From Chloroflexota bacterium (GTDB lineage: Bacteria; Chloroflexota; Anaerolineae; Aggregatilineales; Phototrophicaceae): DNA of 59,712 nt. Under the pieces are notes generated by a model. The model did not search any database, was not told the origin of the DNA, and worked only from the letters and a program-made list of their open reading frames with translations. The position numbers and the translations under genes are program-made. The stretch is from assembly GCA_039822165.1 (NCBI GenBank), contig JBCBMS010000017.1, positions 1 through 59,712 of the forward strand, given 5' to 3'. Shown piece by piece: positions 56,558 to 59,712 of this stretch (positions are counted from its first letter, which is position 1; each line of letters starts with the position of its first letter).

Positions 56558-57268
56558 CTAACTCCCTCCCATCAGGATAATGTGACGATCAAACGCGATC
56601 TTTGCCCACACACTCAACCCGGCAATCCAGAGCACGGAATAGCCCACCCCGTAGATAAGCTGCCATGTGGAAATACCATCAAACCCGCCGAGCATCAGTA
56701 CGAACGGTGCAGCGGTCGGGATGGCGTACCACAACGCGTCCAGCCCCGCACCCAGGTTCGCCAGCAGGAAGATCGGTAGCTGCGTGATAACTCCGATAAT
56801 CCCCGCTGGCAGGAAGAAATCGGTCACGGTGTCATAGCGCACCACGGGAATAATGCCCATCAGCACCATCATGGCACCGAGCAGCACCATGCCCGTGTAA
56901 ACGAGCAACCCGTTAAACCCGAACCCGAACGACAGCAGGATAATCACACTCGTTTCCAGCGTCGCCAGCAGCGTGAGCGTCACCGTTTTCGAGAACAGGT
57001 ACTCGCGCACGCGCAGTGGCGTCACAATGATGCCATCCAGCGTGTTCTCGTTCTTCTCGAAGATAATCATCCCGGCCACGAACATGAATGTCGTGCCACC
57101 TATAGCCATCAACACGAACGCGGGAATCGCTGCCCCCAGCATGTCCTGCGGGAAGAAGCTGCGCATGGCCACCGCAATCAACAGCGCCAGCCCGATACTG
57201 ATGTGATACAGCTTGTTGCGGGCCTGCAACGTAACATCCAGCCGCATGGTACTGAACAGGCGCGTCAT
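56558..57268 (-). CDS. ABC-2 type exporter permease
   Basis: 236 aa, 6 TM, adjacent to ATPase with ATGA overlap. Confidence 0.7.
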   Translation of the reverse strand: MTRLFSTMRLDVTLQARNKLYHISIGLALLIAVAMRSFFPQDMLGAAIPAFVLMAIGGTTFMFVAGMIIFEKNENTLDGIIVTPLRVREYLFSKTVTLTLLATLETSVIILLSFGFGFNGLLVYTGMVLLGAMMVLMGIIPVVRYDTVTDFFLPAGIIGVITQLPIFLLANLGAGLDALWYAIPTAAPFVLMLGGFDGISTWQLIYGVGYSVLWIAGLSVWAKIAFDRHIILMGGS

Positions 57269-58119
57269 GACAGTTCCCTCCCGGTGACCTCAATGAAGAT
57301 ATTCTCCAGCGTGGTTTCCTTTGTATGGATCGTTGCGATTTCGTGCTGCCGCAGCAGGTCAATGAACGCGCTGTTGTCGCCCAGGCCATCCAGCGAGAAG
57401 TCGCAGTCTTCCACATGCCCGTTGACGTGGTAGCGCACGTTCACTTTGCGTTCGCCGTGCTGCACTTTCAATGTTGCGGGCGCGTCAATCAGTGCGATGT
57501 CGCCATCTACGATGAACGCCACCCGGTCACACAGTTCATCGGCTACGGTCATGTTGTGTGTGGTGACGAACACTGTCGTGCCTTCCTCACGCAGCCGCAA
57601 AATCAGGTTTTTGATGTTGCGGGCGTTCACCGGGTCAAGTCCAGATGTTGGCTCGTCCATGAACAGCACCTTCGGCTTATTGAGCAGGCTGCGGGCCACA
57701 TTCAGGCGGTTCTTCATGCCCTTGCTGAAGTCACTCACGCGCTTATCGGCATCATCACGCAGCCCCACCCACTCCAGCACCTCGTGCGGGTCACGGGTTT
57801 CACCGCTGTAAAGCGATGCGAAGTACGCCAGGTTCTCCAGCGCCGTCAGCTTGAGATAGTGGTTCGGCAGCTCGAACGACACCCCGACGTGTTCATAGTA
57901 GTCGCTGCCCCACGCACTCACCTCTTTGCCCATGACCAGCGCACTGCCAGTGTACCTGCGCAGCAAACCGATGAGCAGCTTCTGCGTGGTGGATTTGCCC
58001 GCGCCAGACGGCCCCAGAAACCCGAATATCTCGCGTTCGGCTATGTTGAACGATATGCCGTGCAGCGTTTCCGCCGGGGCACCCGGATAGGTGTAGTGCA
58101 GGTCTTTCACGTCGATCAT
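57265..58119 (-). CDS. ABC transporter ATP-binding protein (exporter)
   Basis: Walker A GPSGAGKST, signature SKGMKNRL, Walker B LFMDEPTSGLD. Confidence 0.9.
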   Translation of the reverse strand: MIDVKDLHYTYPGAPAETLHGISFNIAEREIFGFLGPSGAGKSTTQKLLIGLLRRYTGSALVMGKEVSAWGSDYYEHVGVSFELPNHYLKLTALENLAYFASLYSGETRDPHEVLEWVGLRDDADKRVSDFSKGMKNRLNVARSLLNKPKVLFMDEPTSGLDPVNARNIKNLILRLREEGTTVFVTTHNMTVADELCDRVAFIVDGDIALIDAPATLKVQHGERKVNVRYHVNGHVEDCDFSLDGLGDNSAFIDLLRQHEIATIHTKETTLENIFIEVTGRELS

Positions 58120-58207
58120 GTATCGCCTCCGTTGTGACTTGATGACCGGATAGTGTTATCTGGTCAAATCGTACCAGAGCCGGGGTAGCTGTCAATCAAA
58201 ATCGGGG

Positions 58208-58233
58208 GCACATCCCCCATTCGGGGGATGTGC
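58208..58233. promoter_or_regulatory. perfect 11-bp inverted repeat (GCACATCCCCC-attc-GGGGGATGTGC) in divergent regulatory region; candidate operator
   Basis: Lies between ABC exporter operon start and LuxR/TetR genes. Confidence 0.35.
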
Positions 58234-58264
58234 GTGTATACCGGGTAAAAACGGCGTGGACTGC

Positions 58265-58294
58265 TTGACACACCGCCGGGAATTTCTGTAGAAT
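58265..58294 (+). promoter_or_regulatory. sigma70-like promoter (TTGACA-18-TAGAAT) for LuxR/TetR genes
   Basis: Motif match by eye. Confidence 0.35.
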
Positions 58295-58337
58295 TTTGAC
58301 TGAATAGACGAATCTGGTCACGAGGACACAATAGACG

Positions 58338-58568
58338 ATGGACGCAACGTATACAGATCATCACCTCACCAGCCGCGAACAGGACGTGCTGGCCATTATG
58401 GCAACAGGGGCCACCAACCGGCAGATTGCGCTGCAACTGACGATCAGCAAAGAGACGGTGAAAACGCACGTCTCGCACATCCTGCAAAAACTGCACGCCT
58501 CCTGCCGCACCGAGGCGGTCAGCATCGGGTATTCACGAGGATTGCTCACGCCGATGGAACGGAACTGA
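58338..58568 (+). CDS. small LuxR-type HTH protein
   Basis: LTSREQDVLAIMATGATNRQIALQLTISKETVKTHVSHILQKL. Confidence 0.8.
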   Translation: MDATYTDHHLTSREQDVLAIMATGATNRQIALQLTISKETVKTHVSHILQKLHASCRTEAVSIGYSRGLLTPMERN

Positions 58569-58571
58569 CAC

Positions 58572-59249
58572 ATGGCGACTGACGACCGCGAACAGCGCAT
58601 CCTGGATGCCGCGCTGGATCTGATTACGCACTATGGCTACGACAAAACCCCCGTCAGTGAAATTGCAGAACAGGCCGGGGTGAGCAAGGGGGCTATCTAC
58701 CTGCACTTTGAGAGCAAAATCGACCTGCTGGATGCCCTGCTCAAACGGGAGATGGCCAGCTATGCCGAAGACTGGATGCAGCGCGTCCAGGCAGACCCGG
58801 ACGGTGGCAGTATGGGCAGTGTGTATAAACACAGCCTGGGCGCACTCAATGCGAACCCGTTCATGCGGGCGCTGTTCAACCAGGACAGGCGCGTGCTGGG
58901 CAAATACCTGAAAGAAACCGACCAGGTGTTCAACATGAAACAGGCCGTAGAAACACGGGCGCTGTTTATCCGGCAGATGCAGGAGGTGGGGGCGGTGCGT
59001 GATGATGTAGACCCCTATACGACTGCGTACCTGATGAGCGTGTTTGTAAACGGCATCACGGCGATGGACGCAGTGGTGCCGGATGAAGCCGTGCCGCCCT
59101 TTGATGAATTGATGACGGCAATGGGCGACATGATGGACAGCTACCTCTCGCGGTGCGGCACCACCAACACCGAAGCCGGTAAGCAGGTGATCGCCAATGT
59201 CACTGTCGCGTTCCGGCAGCGCTCCGGGGCAGGCGACGCTGAGAGTTAA
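58572..59249 (+). CDS. TetR/AcrR family transcriptional regulator
   Basis: N-terminal TetR HTH (ILDAALDLITHYGYDKTPVSEIAEQAGVSKGAIYLHF). Confidence 0.85.
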   Translation: MATDDREQRILDAALDLITHYGYDKTPVSEIAEQAGVSKGAIYLHFESKIDLLDALLKREMASYAEDWMQRVQADPDGGSMGSVYKHSLGALNANPFMRALFNQDRRVLGKYLKETDQVFNMKQAVETRALFIRQMQEVGAVRDDVDPYTTAYLMSVFVNGITAMDAVVPDEAVPPFDELMTAMGDMMDSYLSRCGTTNTEAGKQVIANVTVAFRQRSGAGDAES

Positions 59250-59262
59250 GTTATGGTCATTA

Positions 59263-59712
59263 TCACTGGCTAACGGGCTGGTTGGGTTTCGTGTCCGCCT
59301 CATTCACCGGCGGTTCCGGGATCAGGATCCCCGGCGCGGGCATCTCATAGGGCATGCCGCGCCGTTCTTCGCGGCTGTTCAACCGCCACAGGTCGCCTGC
59401 ATAGTAGATCACACGCCCGCCGTCCTCACTCATAGCCAGGCGGGCCACCCCTCGCGCAAACACATCCACCGGCATGGGCGCACTCCGTCCCCCCACCGGC
59501 GATAGCGCCGCCGCCAGTGAAATCAACCGGTAGAGTAGCGGACGCGGCTTGCCGCGCTGGTACAGAATGGGCGCCCGCACGACCGTGCTGCGCAGGCCCA
59601 CCCGCGCCATGTAATTTTCTGCCATGCGCTTGGCCTGCACATAGCCACGCGGCAGCCACGGTGCCCGCGCCGCACTGATAAGCATGATGTGTTGTGCGCC
59701 GTCCGTGACGCA
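59263..59712 (-). CDS. SDR/NAD-dependent epimerase (NmrA/NDUFA9-like) protein, 3' part; gene continues beyond window end
   Basis: YVQAK (YxxxK) catalytic motif; reading frame open to the window edge. Confidence 0.5.
   Translation of the reverse strand, partial: CVTDGAQHIMLISAARAPWLPRGYVQAKRMAENYMARVGLRSTVVRAPILYQRGKPRPLLYRLISLAAALSPVGGRSAPMPVDVFARGVARLAMSEDGGRVIYYAGDLWRLNSREERRGMPYEMPAPGILIPEPPVNEADTKPNQPVSQ

Noticed and set aside
57325-58137. 270-aa + strand ORF opposite the ABC exporter ATPase
   Set aside because: Antisense; Walker motifs are on the minus strand.
58533-59303. 256-aa minus-strand ORF opposite the TetR gene
   Set aside because: Antisense; the plus-strand product has a canonical TetR HTH.

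Overview
This 59.7 kb window is a GC-rich bacterial chromosomal segment. The gene content and architecture (NuoL/NuoJ insertions, DnaB intein, U-tract-poor terminators) could fit Chloroflexota, but that is not verifiable from here. All calls below rest on reading the supplied ORF translations and the raw sequence by eye; no homology search, tRNA scan or structure prediction was run.

Housekeeping content:
- dnaB interrupted by a 166-aa mini-intein.
- A nuoJ-K-L-M-N block; NuoJ carries a large inserted soluble domain and NuoL carries a His-rich insertion.
- icd, a homocysteine S-methyltransferase, a sugar ABC uptake operon with a tandemly duplicated binding protein, modAB, two tandem EamA transporters, and an ABC-2 exporter operon with LuxR and TetR regulators.
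- A five-member tandem array of tRNA-Arg-like genes.

Accessory or unusual content:
- A DUF262-HNH (GmrSD-like) nuclease gene at the left edge.
- An AT-rich three-gene islet, including a DUF433 gene, immediately downstream of the tRNA array.
- A dispersed family of 28-nt GTAG-headed palindromes (REP/REPIN-like) sitting at gene ends, including one in-frame copy inside a membrane glycosyltransferase gene.
- Two tandem paralogous membrane proteins of unknown function downstream of a sulfotransferase-like gene.

No CRISPR array, integrase or transposase was seen.
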